Below are positions 16,453-23,568 of a DNA stretch of 64,000 nt, piece by piece. A program made the position numbers and the translations under genes. Numbering within the stretch: the stretch's first letter is position 1; each line of letters opens with the position of its first letter. The stretch is from a virus (taxonomy: Duplodnaviria; Heunggongvirae; Uroviricota; Caudoviricetes). Below the pieces are notes generated by a model that made no database searches, was not told where the DNA came from, and was given only the letters and a program-made list of their open reading frames with translations. The stretch spans positions 22,201 to 86,200 of the IMG/VR virus record IMGVR_UViG_3300037471_001733; one strand, 5' to 3'.

Positions 16453-16746
16453 TCAGTGGGCCAGCAGATGCCGCACGCTGGCGCCATCCGGTATCCGCAG
16501 CATTGCCGCCACTGCATCCACGTATTCCGGTGCAGGCCGGCGCAATTTGTACTGCTGGTCTCCATACGAGTTGGGAATGGTGCGCGATTCAATCAAGCCG
16601 CGTTCCCTAAGCGCGCGGAATGCCCGGGTGTCATCTTCTGGCGCCACCTCAGCAGCGGCGGCAATGTCATGCCATGAGGGGAGACGGATAGTCCCGTCTG
16701 CATTGGTACGGGAAGCGAGCAGGGCATACAGACGATTGAGGTTCAT
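16453..16746 (-). CDS. hypothetical protein (97 aa), possible winged-helix DNA-binding protein
   Basis: Internal ATG 16746 chosen (upstream part of ORF is Arg-rich junk overlapping previous gene); FRALRERGLIESR... wHTH-like segment. Confidence 0.45.
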   Translation of the reverse strand: MNLNRLYALLASRTNADGTIRLPSWHDIAAAAEVAPEDDTRAFRALRERGLIESRTIPNSYGDQQYKLRRPAPEYVDAVAAMLRIPDGASVRHLLAH

Positions 16747-16757
16747 GGCGCGGCCCC

Positions 16758-17132
16758 TCAGATGTCCCAGACGCCATCCACGGTCGCGCCGTGCGCCGCC
16801 TCGTGGGCGTGCGCCGCGATGGCCGCCACGAGGCGCCCGCCGGGCGTTGCTTCCAACGTATCGCCCTCGCTGCACTGGTACTGCAGGCACCGCGCCAGCG
16901 AATGGAACCATGCGGCGGTCTGATTTGGCATGGGGCGCGCCAGCAGTGCACGCAGGCCCTGCAGCGGCTGCCGATCCTCCGGGTAACGCCCCTCATAGCG
17001 GGTTGCGTGGGCGTAGTTGTTGGCTGCACGCAGCGAGATAGCCGCCTGCGCCGCATCGTCGGCGATGCCCTGGGAAACGGCCCATTGCGCCACGGTGGCC
17101 ACGTGCAGATCAGAGCAGATAAAGCAAGACAT
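16758..17132 (-). CDS. hypothetical protein (124 aa)
   Basis: ORF with GGAGATCACACCATG RBS context; no motif recognised. Confidence 0.55.
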   Translation of the reverse strand: MSCFICSDLHVATVAQWAVSQGIADDAAQAAISLRAANNYAHATRYEGRYPEDRQPLQGLRALLARPMPNQTAAWFHSLARCLQYQCSEGDTLEATPGGRLVAAIAAHAHEAAHGATVDGVWDI

Positions 17133-17182
17133 GGTGTGATCTCCTATTGCCGCTCATGCTGGCGGCGCAGCGGGTTGAAGGG

Positions 17183-17452
17183 TTAGTCCTCGCGCGGTGT
17201 CTCAATTTGATGCGGCAGGGGTCGCCCCATGCCGTCGGCGCAGTAAAGGGACGTAGAAGCACCGCACGGCAGGTATGCCGGCGCGTCAATTGGCCCGCCT
17301 GCCGTCACATCCATACATGCCCCGTACCGAAATTGCCGCCGGTCTTGATGCAGATGGATCAATTCGACCGTCTGCCGTTGGACTTGCCCGCCGGTCACAT
17401 TGTGGAAAGCGCCAGCAGCAGCGCGGCGGATGGTTTCTGATTGCATGGACAT
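17183..17452 (-). CDS. hypothetical protein (89 aa)
   Basis: Starts at conserved junction TGAGGAGCGAACCATG (17450-17465). Confidence 0.5.
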   Translation of the reverse strand: MSMQSETIRRAAAGAFHNVTGGQVQRQTVELIHLHQDRRQFRYGACMDVTAGGPIDAPAYLPCGASTSLYCADGMGRPLPHQIETPRED

Positions 17453-17462
17453 GGTTCGCTCC

Positions 17463-17681
17463 TCAGTTGAAGCCCTTGTCCGCCTCGATCTGGCGCAGGA
17501 TCTCGACTGCCTCAGCGATCGGCACGAAGTCAGACAGGGGGTCAACAATCGTTTTCTTGCCCACGGTCACCAGCACGACGCGAAACTTTCCGCGCGCCGC
17601 CTCAGTGCTGATTCCGGGCATGCCGGTGGCGGCGCGCGCGGCAAGGGTGGCGGCTCGCAATTGCTTGAGTTGCTCAAACAT
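17463..17681 (-). CDS. hypothetical protein (72 aa)
   Basis: Starts at conserved junction TGAGGAGCGAACCATG (17679-17694). Confidence 0.5.
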   Translation of the reverse strand: MFEQLKQLRAATLAARAATGMPGISTEAARGKFRVVLVTVGKKTIVDPLSDFVPIAEAVEILRQIEADKGFN

Positions 17682-17691
17682 GGTTCGCTCC

Positions 17692-17931
17692 TCAGATACC
17701 GAAAACTTGATTGATCGCAGCGCGGCGCAGTGCCTCGCAGTGCATCTGCGCCACGGGTTGATTGATCTCGTCCACCACGTCAAGTGCATCGTTAACGGCA
17801 TCCATGAGATGCGCCATGGCGATATCTTCCGGGTTTGCTTCTACGTGATTGCGCAACTGCAGGCGGGCGCTCAGCAGGTTTTCGACGATCACGTCGAATT
17901 GCTTGACATGCATGGTCACAGGGGTGGGCAT
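17692..17931 (-). CDS. hypothetical protein (79 aa)
   Basis: Starts at related junction TGAAAGGTCGAGCCATG; helical sequence. Confidence 0.5.
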   Translation of the reverse strand: MPTPVTMHVKQFDVIVENLLSARLQLRNHVEANPEDIAMAHLMDAVNDALDVVDEINQPVAQMHCEALRRAAINQVFGI

Positions 17932-17942
17932 GGCTCGACCTT

Positions 17943-18176
17943 TCAGCGCATGTTGATGTAACCCGGCATGCCGAGTGCGCGCGCCAGCACGTTTGCCGCG
18001 TGGCGGTCTGCAAGGTTGCATATCAGGTACTTGGCCTGCGCGACCGCTTCGAAGTGCGCGCTCTGCGCCTCTTCGTATTCCTGATGGGTTCGATTGCTGT
18101 CGCCGATCATGTGCACGTGGCCACCGATGGCGGGCCGCAATTCCTTGGCGATGCTGATGGCAGTTCGGATATTCAT
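17943..18176 (-). CDS. hypothetical protein (77 aa)
   Basis: Starts at conserved junction TGAGGAGCGAACCATG (18174-18189). Confidence 0.5.
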   Translation of the reverse strand: MNIRTAISIAKELRPAIGGHVHMIGDSNRTHQEYEEAQSAHFEAVAQAKYLICNLADRHAANVLARALGMPGYINMR

Positions 18177-18186
18177 GGTTCGCTCC

Positions 18187-18318
18187 TCAGTGCGCCGCAC
18201 GAATGGCGGCAATGTCTGCATGGATCAGCGCGCGGACTTGCAGGCGGCGCACGAGGGATTGATCGTTGCGCATGGGTAGCAGAACCCGCAGCGCATACAT
18301 AAGAGAGAAACGAGACAT
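18187..18318 (-). CDS. hypothetical small protein (43 aa), first gene of leftward operon
   Basis: Below ORF-track cutoff. ATG 18318, stop inside the conserved junction; MSRFSLMYALRVLLPMRNDQSLVRRLQVRALIHADIAAIRAAH. Confidence 0.4.
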   Translation of the reverse strand: MSRFSLMYALRVLLPMRNDQSLVRRLQVRALIHADIAAIRAAH

Positions 18319-18366
18319 CTCAACCCCTTGCCACTGATTACGCGCGGCGCCGTTTGGTATGTCTCT

Positions 18367-18395
18367 AATGTAGGCGATACGACTACATGATGCAA
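18367..18395 (-). promoter_or_regulatory. candidate sigma70-type promoter with embedded operator (copy A, leftward)
   Basis: Minus strand reads TTGCAT-catgtagtcgtatcgcc-TACATT (17-nt spacer); spacer carries TGTAG-N9-CTACA inverted repeat. Confidence 0.55.
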
Positions 18396-18419
18396 GCCCT
18401 TGCGCAAACTTTTTTCATG

Positions 18420-18660
18420 CGCCATGGCGGCGCGGCTGCACGTATATTGATAGTGCTGCGCCGCATAGGTGCGGCTTTGCTTTGCCTGCTCGCTTTTGCC
18501 TGCTGGTGCTGCAGCATGGGCACGAGTGCCTGCGCCATGGATGCGCCGCACTGGTCTGCGCGCCGTGCGCCGCCTCGTGCTGATCAGCTGCGCCGCCGGT
18601 CGAGCTGGTGCGCGACGTTGAGCGGCTGCCTCGTGCTGGCAATCGAGCGAGTGCGCGACC
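18420..18660 (+). repeat. non-coding GTGC(T/G)G-rich array (array R), related to array L
   Basis: About 9 GTGC on plus strand; shares exact words cctgctggtgctg (13 nt) and cgagtgcctgcg (12 nt) with 15.65-16.2 kb, same orientation. Confidence 0.55.
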
Positions 18661-18667
18661 TGGCGCA

Positions 18668-18764
18668 CCCCCTCTGATGGAAACACAGGCAACCCCCTGG
18701 AGTGGAAACACAGGCCAGGCGCACCCTCTCCACGGGAATTACGGAACCCCCTGAGATGGAAACA
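18668..18764 (+). repeat. four tandem iteron-like units CCCCCT-N4-TGGAAACA(CAGG)
   Basis: Copies at 18668-18685, 18693-18710, 18747-18764 plus degenerate 18723-18739 (CCCTCT-N4-GGGAATTA); 24-30 bp spacing; array ends 20 bp upstream of promoter copy B. Confidence 0.65.
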
Positions 18765-18784
18765 GGAATTCACAAATAAACTAC

Positions 18785-18813
18785 TTGCGTTCTGTAGTCG
18801 TTGCGCCTACATT
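18785..18813 (+). promoter_or_regulatory. candidate promoter with embedded operator (copy B, rightward)
   Basis: TTGCGT-tctgtagtcgttgcgcc-TACATT (17-nt spacer); nearly identical to copy A in inverted orientation. Confidence 0.55.
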
Positions 18814-18872
18814 GGACACATCGCAGCACTGCTGCAGCGGCGCCACCCGCGACGAGTGGCACTGGAGTTGAT

Positions 18873-19547
18873 ATGTTTGGAAAATACGGCAAGCGGATTA
18901 CCGATCCTGCGGAACTGCGCGAGTATCGTTTGAGCTATGTCCCGGCCGCGCTGCGCGACCAGTGCCAGCACGTGAAGTGCAAAACCGGCGATGCTGAGGC
19001 GTGGATCTGGAGCGACAAGGGCCGCGCCTACGCGGTGGGTTTCTCCGGTCGCGGCAAACACCCGTGGTCGCGCAATGGTGGCCAGGGAGCGGCCTACTAC
19101 TTCAAAACCCCGGAAGCGCGCCGCTCCTGGGTTGCGGAACTGTTTGCAGACGCCATGGCCGACGCAAAGCGCGCCGAGGAGCGCAAGGCGCAAAAGGCCG
19201 CAGCGCGTGCAAAGCCGCACGCCTTGCAGGTGGGAGATGTGTTGCGCTCCTCCTGGGGGTACGACCAAACCAATATCGACTATTACGAGGTCACGAAGCT
19301 TGTCGGCTCACAGATGGTCGAGGTTCGGCGCATTGCCTGCCAGTCTGAGGAAACCGCGCACATGCAAGGCGTGAGCGTTCCCGCCCCTGGCCACTACATC
19401 GGCGAGCCGAAGCGTTGCAAGGTCTCCGACTACGGCAACCGCGACTCGGTCAAGGTGTCCGAGGTGGCGCACGCCTACAAGATGACCCCGCGCATCGTCG
19501 GCGGCGTCAAGGTTTTCAACTCGTCTAGCTGGACGGCCTACGCCTGA
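18873..19547 (+). CDS. hypothetical protein (224 aa), type I associate with plasmid/ICE accessory regions (memory only)
   Basis: ATG 18873 with GGAG RBS; basic/Ala-rich linker then VGDVLRSSWGYDQTNIDYYEVTKLVG... beta domain. Confidence 0.55.
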   Translation: MFGKYGKRITDPAELREYRLSYVPAALRDQCQHVKCKTGDAEAWIWSDKGRAYAVGFSGRGKHPWSRNGGQGAAYYFKTPEARRSWVAELFADAMADAKRAEERKAQKAAARAKPHALQVGDVLRSSWGYDQTNIDYYEVTKLVGSQMVEVRRIACQSEETAHMQGVSVPAPGHYIGEPKRCKVSDYGNRDSVKVSEVAHAYKMTPRIVGGVKVFNSSSWTAYA

Positions 19548-19554
19548 TCAACCA

Positions 19555-19575
19555 GGGCCGCTCATGCGGCGGCCC
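19555..19575 (+). other. GC-rich stem-loop after the 224-aa gene (weak terminator/attenuator candidate)
   Basis: GGGCCGC(19555-19561)/GCGGCCC(19569-19575), no clear U-tract. Confidence 0.3.
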
Positions 19576-19605
19576 CCTTACGTGAATTTCACAGGAGCAC
19601 CGACC

Positions 19606-19908
19606 ATGGGCACCACGACCGGCCGACTCTTCCGCACGATCCGCAGCACGGGACGTGGAAGCGACTACTTCGGCACCTGCGACCAGTGCGGCAAGCACAT
19701 GAGCGAATGCCACGTGAGCCAAGTTCAGCGCGAATATCGGCGCGACGATGGCACCACGTACACCGGGCCCGTGACCGGCGGCGCCTATGGGCATCGTGAG
19801 TGCTTGGTCAAGCACTTCGGCGAACCCGTCCCAGCGGTGACGCGCGAATCCGTGCGAGTTTCGCCCTTTACTGATCCGGCGCGCTTCCCCAAAACGCTGC
19901 GCGCCTGA
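19606..19908 (+). CDS. hypothetical Cys/His-containing protein (100 aa)
   Basis: RBS cAGGAGcaccgaccATG; CDQCGKH...ECH...HREC possible zinc site. Confidence 0.5.
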   Translation: MGTTTGRLFRTIRSTGRGSDYFGTCDQCGKHMSECHVSQVQREYRRDDGTTYTGPVTGGAYGHRECLVKHFGEPVPAVTRESVRVSPFTDPARFPKTLRA

Positions 19909-19944
19909 CCCCTTCCGTAGATTGCACAGCAGGAGCACCACACC

Positions 19945-20340
19945 ATGGGAGCAGCAGCAGAACACCGGGGCAATGCCCTGATCCGCAGGCAGGCCGGCGC
20001 AGCGCATGCCGCGCGCCAAGCCATCGAGGACGCAGCGCGCGCCGCGCAGGTGGCCGAGGACTGCAACGAGTTTGCCCGCCAAGCGTGGGCGTATCTGCTC
20101 GACCCTTCCGGCCTGCGGCAACCCGCAGTGGAGCGCGCAAAGACTCGGCGCGGCTGGGCTAAGCGCCATGCGGAACTCAGTGCCGCGCATTGCGCATGGG
20201 TTGATGCGGACCATCGCAACGCCATGGCCTACCTTAGCGCCTGCATCCGCCGCGCGAAAGCCGCGCATGCGCTACTCACATTTGCGCTGGGCGGCTGGAC
20301 GATCCCGGATCACATTGAAGTGCCGCGCGCTGCGGCTTGA
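19945..20340 (+). CDS. hypothetical helical protein (131 aa)
   Basis: RBS cAGGAGcaccacaccATG; stop embedded in TGACCCCTTCC motif. Confidence 0.5.
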   Translation: MGAAAEHRGNALIRRQAGAAHAARQAIEDAARAAQVAEDCNEFARQAWAYLLDPSGLRQPAVERAKTRRGWAKRHAELSAAHCAWVDADHRNAMAYLSACIRRAKAAHALLTFALGGWTIPDHIEVPRAAA

Positions 20341-20349
20341 CCCCTTCCG

Positions 20350-20405
20350 GCGCACTCGCAAGGGTGCGCATTGCGATGCAGCCACGCGGAAGCATCGCAA
20401 TGCGC
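20350..20405 (+). promoter_or_regulatory. two mutually exclusive RNA hairpins (attenuator-like)
   Basis: GCGCAC(20350-55)/GTGCGC(20364-69) overlaps left arm of perfect 14-bp stem GCGCATTGCGATGC(20366-79)/GCATCGCAATGCGC(20392-405). Confidence 0.4.
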
Positions 20406-20453
20406 CAGCGCGCATAACGGCGCCGTCCCGGCTTGAGGCGGCAGGAGATTCAG

Positions 20454-22262
20454 ATGTCAGCACAAGACTTGATTGTTAGGATCAACGCAGCCGCCCAGGT
20501 GGCCCCGGAGCAACTGCCCAAAGGGGCGCAGCCGCGCGACCACATGATTGCCTTTGAGTACACCGACGCCCACGGCACGCGCGGCTGCATGCGCATCCTG
20601 AACACCCGGGCGCGGCTGCTGGCCTTCGCTGAGCAGGTGCGGAAGAACGCGGCAGCATTCGACGGCAAGCCGCGCAGCAAGCCCGCCGGGCCGCGCAAGA
20701 TTGCCGGCGCATCCCCGCTTTCCACGGCGCGCGCACTGCTCAAGGATGGCGCGCGGGTTGAAGCCCTCGCAGCGCTTGAGGCGCGCGGCGGGGAGGTGTT
20801 TTTCGGCGCCGCTGGCGTGCCTGTGCTGCATCAGGTTGCACAGCGCGTGGAGCACGAGGGCCGCCGCTGGGTTGTCACGCGCTGCGCCGTTGATGGTCTC
20901 ATCTACCTCATTCACGAGGCGTCCGGGCTGTCAGCAGGCGGCAAGGGCTTGCCTGAGATGCGCAGCATTGCGGATGCCCTGGCGCGGCTTGAGCTCGTGC
21001 ACCGGGACGAGGCGGAAAACGGCTACCGGCAGCGAATGATTGCTGCGATCGAGCAAGCGGCGGATTACGACCAGCAGGCGGCGCGCGCGGCTTTCGAGGC
21101 GTGCGATGGTCTCAAGAGCAAGGATGCCGCGCCGGTGGCTCAGGAAGCGTACCAGCAGGCGCGCGCGCTGTCGGCGGCGCAGGTGGCGCCCGATGTCGAG
21201 CCGGCAGTAGATGCAGACCCCTCCCCGGTGGAAAGCGAAGCCGAGGCGGCACCCCCTGTAGCGGAAACGCCTGCGGCAGCTGACACCCCTGCAGCGGAAA
21301 TCGAGTCCAGCGCGCCGGCGGTTGCGCCAGCATCCCCTCCGGCGGATTCACAGGCAGGCGCTGCACCCCCTGCGATGGAAAGCGCGCAGCCTGCGCCGCT
21401 TGCCACCGCGCCAGGCCGATCGGATGCGCTCATCGCGCGGGCCATCGCTTGGGTTGCCGTAGTCTGGGGAACCGCCAGCGTGCCGAGCGTTGCGGACTAC
21501 CGCGCCGGCCGGTGCGATGACACATTCCCGTGGGCGGGCGGCAGCCGCGCCGCCGGCTATCTGACATGGGCCGACCTCATTGGCGAGTGCATGGCCGCGC
21601 TGGAGCGCGACGACAGCGCCGACCAGGCGGCACGAGACGCCGCACTGCAACCACCGACCCCCATCCGTAGGAAAGGCCCGCGACAACATGAGCAGCACAC
21701 CCCATCCCGTGCAACCCGCAGTGCCAACCGGCCGCGAGTGGTGGACCCGCGGGCTGCTCGACTGGCACGCCGAGGCGCTGCACGCCGCCCAGGAGATCGC
21801 CGCGCTGCGCGAATCACTGGCTGCGGAGCGCGCAATGGTCCGCGAGCTGCAGGAGGCGCTCGCTGCCCGCCGGCAGGCCGCTTGACCCCTTCCCGGGGAA
21901 TCACGGCGCCACAAGCTTGCCGCCCCTGGCGCGACGCCAGCGAAACCCGAGACTGCACCCATAAAAACCTGGAGCACAGCATGACCTACACCGAAGCCAT
22001 CCAAGCCCTGCGCGACGCTATTGCGCAGGCCCCGAAGGGTGAAAAGCTGCAAGCCTTCCAAGCCAAGCGGGAGAAGATAATAGGGGCAATGCCCAAGGTG
22101 GAAATCTGTGGCGGCGAGCAGTGCATCCGCTATCCCAAGGGCTACCGCTTTGACTGCGGTCGCGAGGTCCACACGGACTGGATGTGGCAACCGTTTGCCA
22201 GCGAGGAAATCGCCATGCGGCCTGGCAACCTGCCGTACATCCTGCGCATGCCGGCTGCCTGA
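20454..22262 (+). CDS. long open frame; N-terminal ~400 codons look like a real two-domain protein with Pro/Ala/Glu repeat linker; 3' end probably composite
   Basis: AGGAG RBS before ATG 20454. No in-frame stop for 1.8 kb; frame turns Arg-rich (junk-like) from about 21660 to 21980, then is in frame with the 93-aa ORF. Confidence 0.4.
   Translation: MSAQDLIVRINAAAQVAPEQLPKGAQPRDHMIAFEYTDAHGTRGCMRILNTRARLLAFAEQVRKNAAAFDGKPRSKPAGPRKIAGASPLSTARALLKDGARVEALAALEARGGEVFFGAAGVPVLHQVAQRVEHEGRRWVVTRCAVDGLIYLIHEASGLSAGGKGLPEMRSIADALARLELVHRDEAENGYRQRMIAAIEQAADYDQQAARAAFEACDGLKSKDAAPVAQEAYQQARALSAAQVAPDVEPAVDADPSPVESEAEAAPPVAETPAAADTPAAEIESSAPAVAPASPPADSQAGAAPPAMESAQPAPLATAPGRSDALIARAIAWVAVVWGTASVPSVADYRAGRCDDTFPWAGGSRAAGYLTWADLIGECMAALERDDSADQAARDAALQPPTPIRRKGPRQHEQHTPSRATRSANRPRVVDPRAARLARRGAARRPGDRRAARITGCGARNGPRAAGGARCPPAGRLTPSRGITAPQACRPWRDASETRDCTHKNLEHSMTYTEAIQALRDAIAQAPKGEKLQAFQAKREKIIGAMPKVEICGGEQCIRYPKGYRFDCGREVHTDWMWQPFASEEIAMRPGNLPYILRMPAA
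21218..21382 (+). repeat. five copies of CCCC(C)T-N4-6-(T/C)GGA(A/T)(A/T) motif inside the linker-coding region
   Basis: Copies starting 21218, 21252, 21286, 21334 (degenerate), 21366; 32-48 bp spacing; encode PSPVESE/PPVAET/TPAAEIE/SPPADSQ/PPAMESA. Confidence 0.55.
21688..21885 (+). CDS. hypothetical coiled-coil protein (65 aa), nested in another frame of the long ORF
   Basis: AGGAAAGG RBS; protein-like sequence (REWWTRGLLDWHAEALHAAQEIAALRESLAAERAMVRELQEAL); stop in TGACCCCTTCC motif. Confidence 0.5.
   Translation: MSSTPHPVQPAVPTGREWWTRGLLDWHAEALHAAQEIAALRESLAAERAMVRELQEALAARRQAA
21981..22262 (+). CDS. hypothetical protein (93 aa)
   Basis: RBS ctGGAGcacagcATG; protein-like composition. 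Confidence 0.5.
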   Translation: MTYTEAIQALRDAIAQAPKGEKLQAFQAKREKIIGAMPKVEICGGEQCIRYPKGYRFDCGREVHTDWMWQPFASEEIAMRPGNLPYILRMPAA

Positions 22263-22404
22263 CGCATTGTCCGGTGGCGCAGCCTTTGGCGTTCAGCGCT
22301 ATTTGAACAAGGTGCGCGGTTTAGTTCAGGCGTACTTGAATAGCGCCCCCCCATGTAGTGAAAACAGGGCATCAACCCCATCCAGCGGATACAGGAGTCA
22401 AACC

Positions 22405-22695
22405 ATGGGAAGTATCAACCTCGGCCGCCACCACGTCGCCATCAGCGATCAATGGACGATCTACACCCCTGGCCTACCTGGCTGGCAGATGCTGGGCGTG
22501 ATCACCCGCAGCAAGGGTGGCGAGCAGATCACGAAGGCGCTGGCCCGCAGCCCGAAGGGCGAGCTCTGCGCGGTGCGTGGGCTGTCAGCCGAGCCGCTTG
22601 TCCAGCGAAAGGCTGAAGCGGCGCTGGCGGCTGCGATGCGCGAGGCCCATCCGGTGGAAACAGATGGCACCCATTCCGAGGGAAACAGGGCTTGA
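22405..22695 (+). CDS. hypothetical protein (96 aa)
   Basis: RBS acAGGAGtcaaaccATG. Confidence 0.5.
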   Translation: MGSINLGRHHVAISDQWTIYTPGLPGWQMLGVITRSKGGEQITKALARSPKGELCAVRGLSAEPLVQRKAEAALAAAMREAHPVETDGTHSEGNRA

Positions 22696-22719
22696 ATATG
22701 TAGGTTAAGCGCCTACACT
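22692..22719 (+). promoter_or_regulatory. candidate promoter with embedded operator (copy C), apparently leaderless for the 76-aa HTH gene
   Basis: TTGAAT-atgtaggttaagcgcc-TACACT (16-nt spacer), TGTAGG-N7-CCTACA palindrome in spacer; ATG 22726 lies 6 nt after the -10. Confidence 0.55.
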
Positions 22720-22725
22720 GGCATC

Positions 22726-22956
22726 ATGAGCACCTTACCGCCGCGCACGCCAGAGAACATCAAAGCCTTCCGCCAGCGTGCCGGCTGGACGCAGGAGAAG
22801 GCATGCGAGATGGCGTGCATCCACGACCGCCAAACCTGGCGTAAGTACGAAAACGGCACGCTCAAGATGAGCGAAGAGCGCTGGCGGCTGGCGCACTTTA
22901 TGGCCAACCTGCACCCCGACTTCGACGTTCGGCCGCGTACCAAGGCTGCGGCCTAG
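22726..22956 (+). CDS. XRE-family helix-turn-helix regulator (76 aa)
   Basis: IKAFRQRAGWTQEKACEMACIHDRQTWRKYENG...RWRLAHFMANLHPDF typical XRE/MqsA-like HTH pattern. Confidence 0.65.
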   Translation: MSTLPPRTPENIKAFRQRAGWTQEKACEMACIHDRQTWRKYENGTLKMSEERWRLAHFMANLHPDFDVRPRTKAAA

Positions 22957-22989
22957 CCTTCGCCCTCTGAGTACCGCCGGGAGGCGGCG

Positions 22990-23334
22990 TCAACCGTTTG
23001 GGTTCTGTGCCAGCCAAGCCCGGATCATCGCCTTGACCGCGGCGTGCAGGCCGTGTGGCGCGTAGACGCCACGCACTTCCTCGATACCTCTTTCCTTGAG
23101 CAGGGCCCTTCTTGCTCGATTCCTCTCTGTCGAGCTCTTCCCCGAAGGGGCTTTCGCGGTGGCGTTCATGAGCAGTTCCGTGCCATCGATTTTCTTCTCA
23201 GGCAAGGAGCAGGGGGCCAGTTCGCACTCTGCGGGAGCATTTGAGGGGGGCGGTTTGTTCTCGACCATTTGGCATTGACCCGTCGCGCGCGACGGTCCAT
23301 CATTCTTCGCTTTTCGACGATCAGAAGCCGCCAT
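22990..23334 (-). CDS. small basic DNA-binding-type regulator (start uncertain; 55-114 aa)
   Basis: C-terminus STERNRARRALLKERGIEEVRGVYAPHGLHAAVKAMIRAWL resembles small plasmid/phage basic-region regulators; alternative ATG at 23169. Confidence 0.45.
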   Translation of the reverse strand: MAASDRRKAKNDGPSRATGQCQMVENKPPPSNAPAECELAPCSLPEKKIDGTELLMNATAKAPSGKSSTERNRARRALLKERGIEEVRGVYAPHGLHAAVKAMIRAWLAQNPNG

Positions 23335-23568
23335 AAGTTGTGATGCGGCCGGAGTGCGCTAGTTGCAAGAACTATCAATTGGCATTCTCAAGGCGCAAGC
23401 GTGTCTTGCCAAGACTTTGTTGCACAGAGAGCGGCATGGATGCCGCTTTTGCGTTTGTGCAATCACCTCGAAAGGTTCCTGCCAGAGGATGCCGCCGATT
23501 GCCCACTATGGGGCAGGAACCAGTTCCACAATCGAAGCGCCACGCACTACGAAGAGTGGAGTTGCGCC

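Noticed and set aside
18668-21382. Short tandem repeats considered as a CRISPR array
   Set aside because: Repeat units are only about 17 bp with 24-48 bp periodicity, the intervening segments are not spacer-like, one array is inside a coding region, and no cas genes are present.
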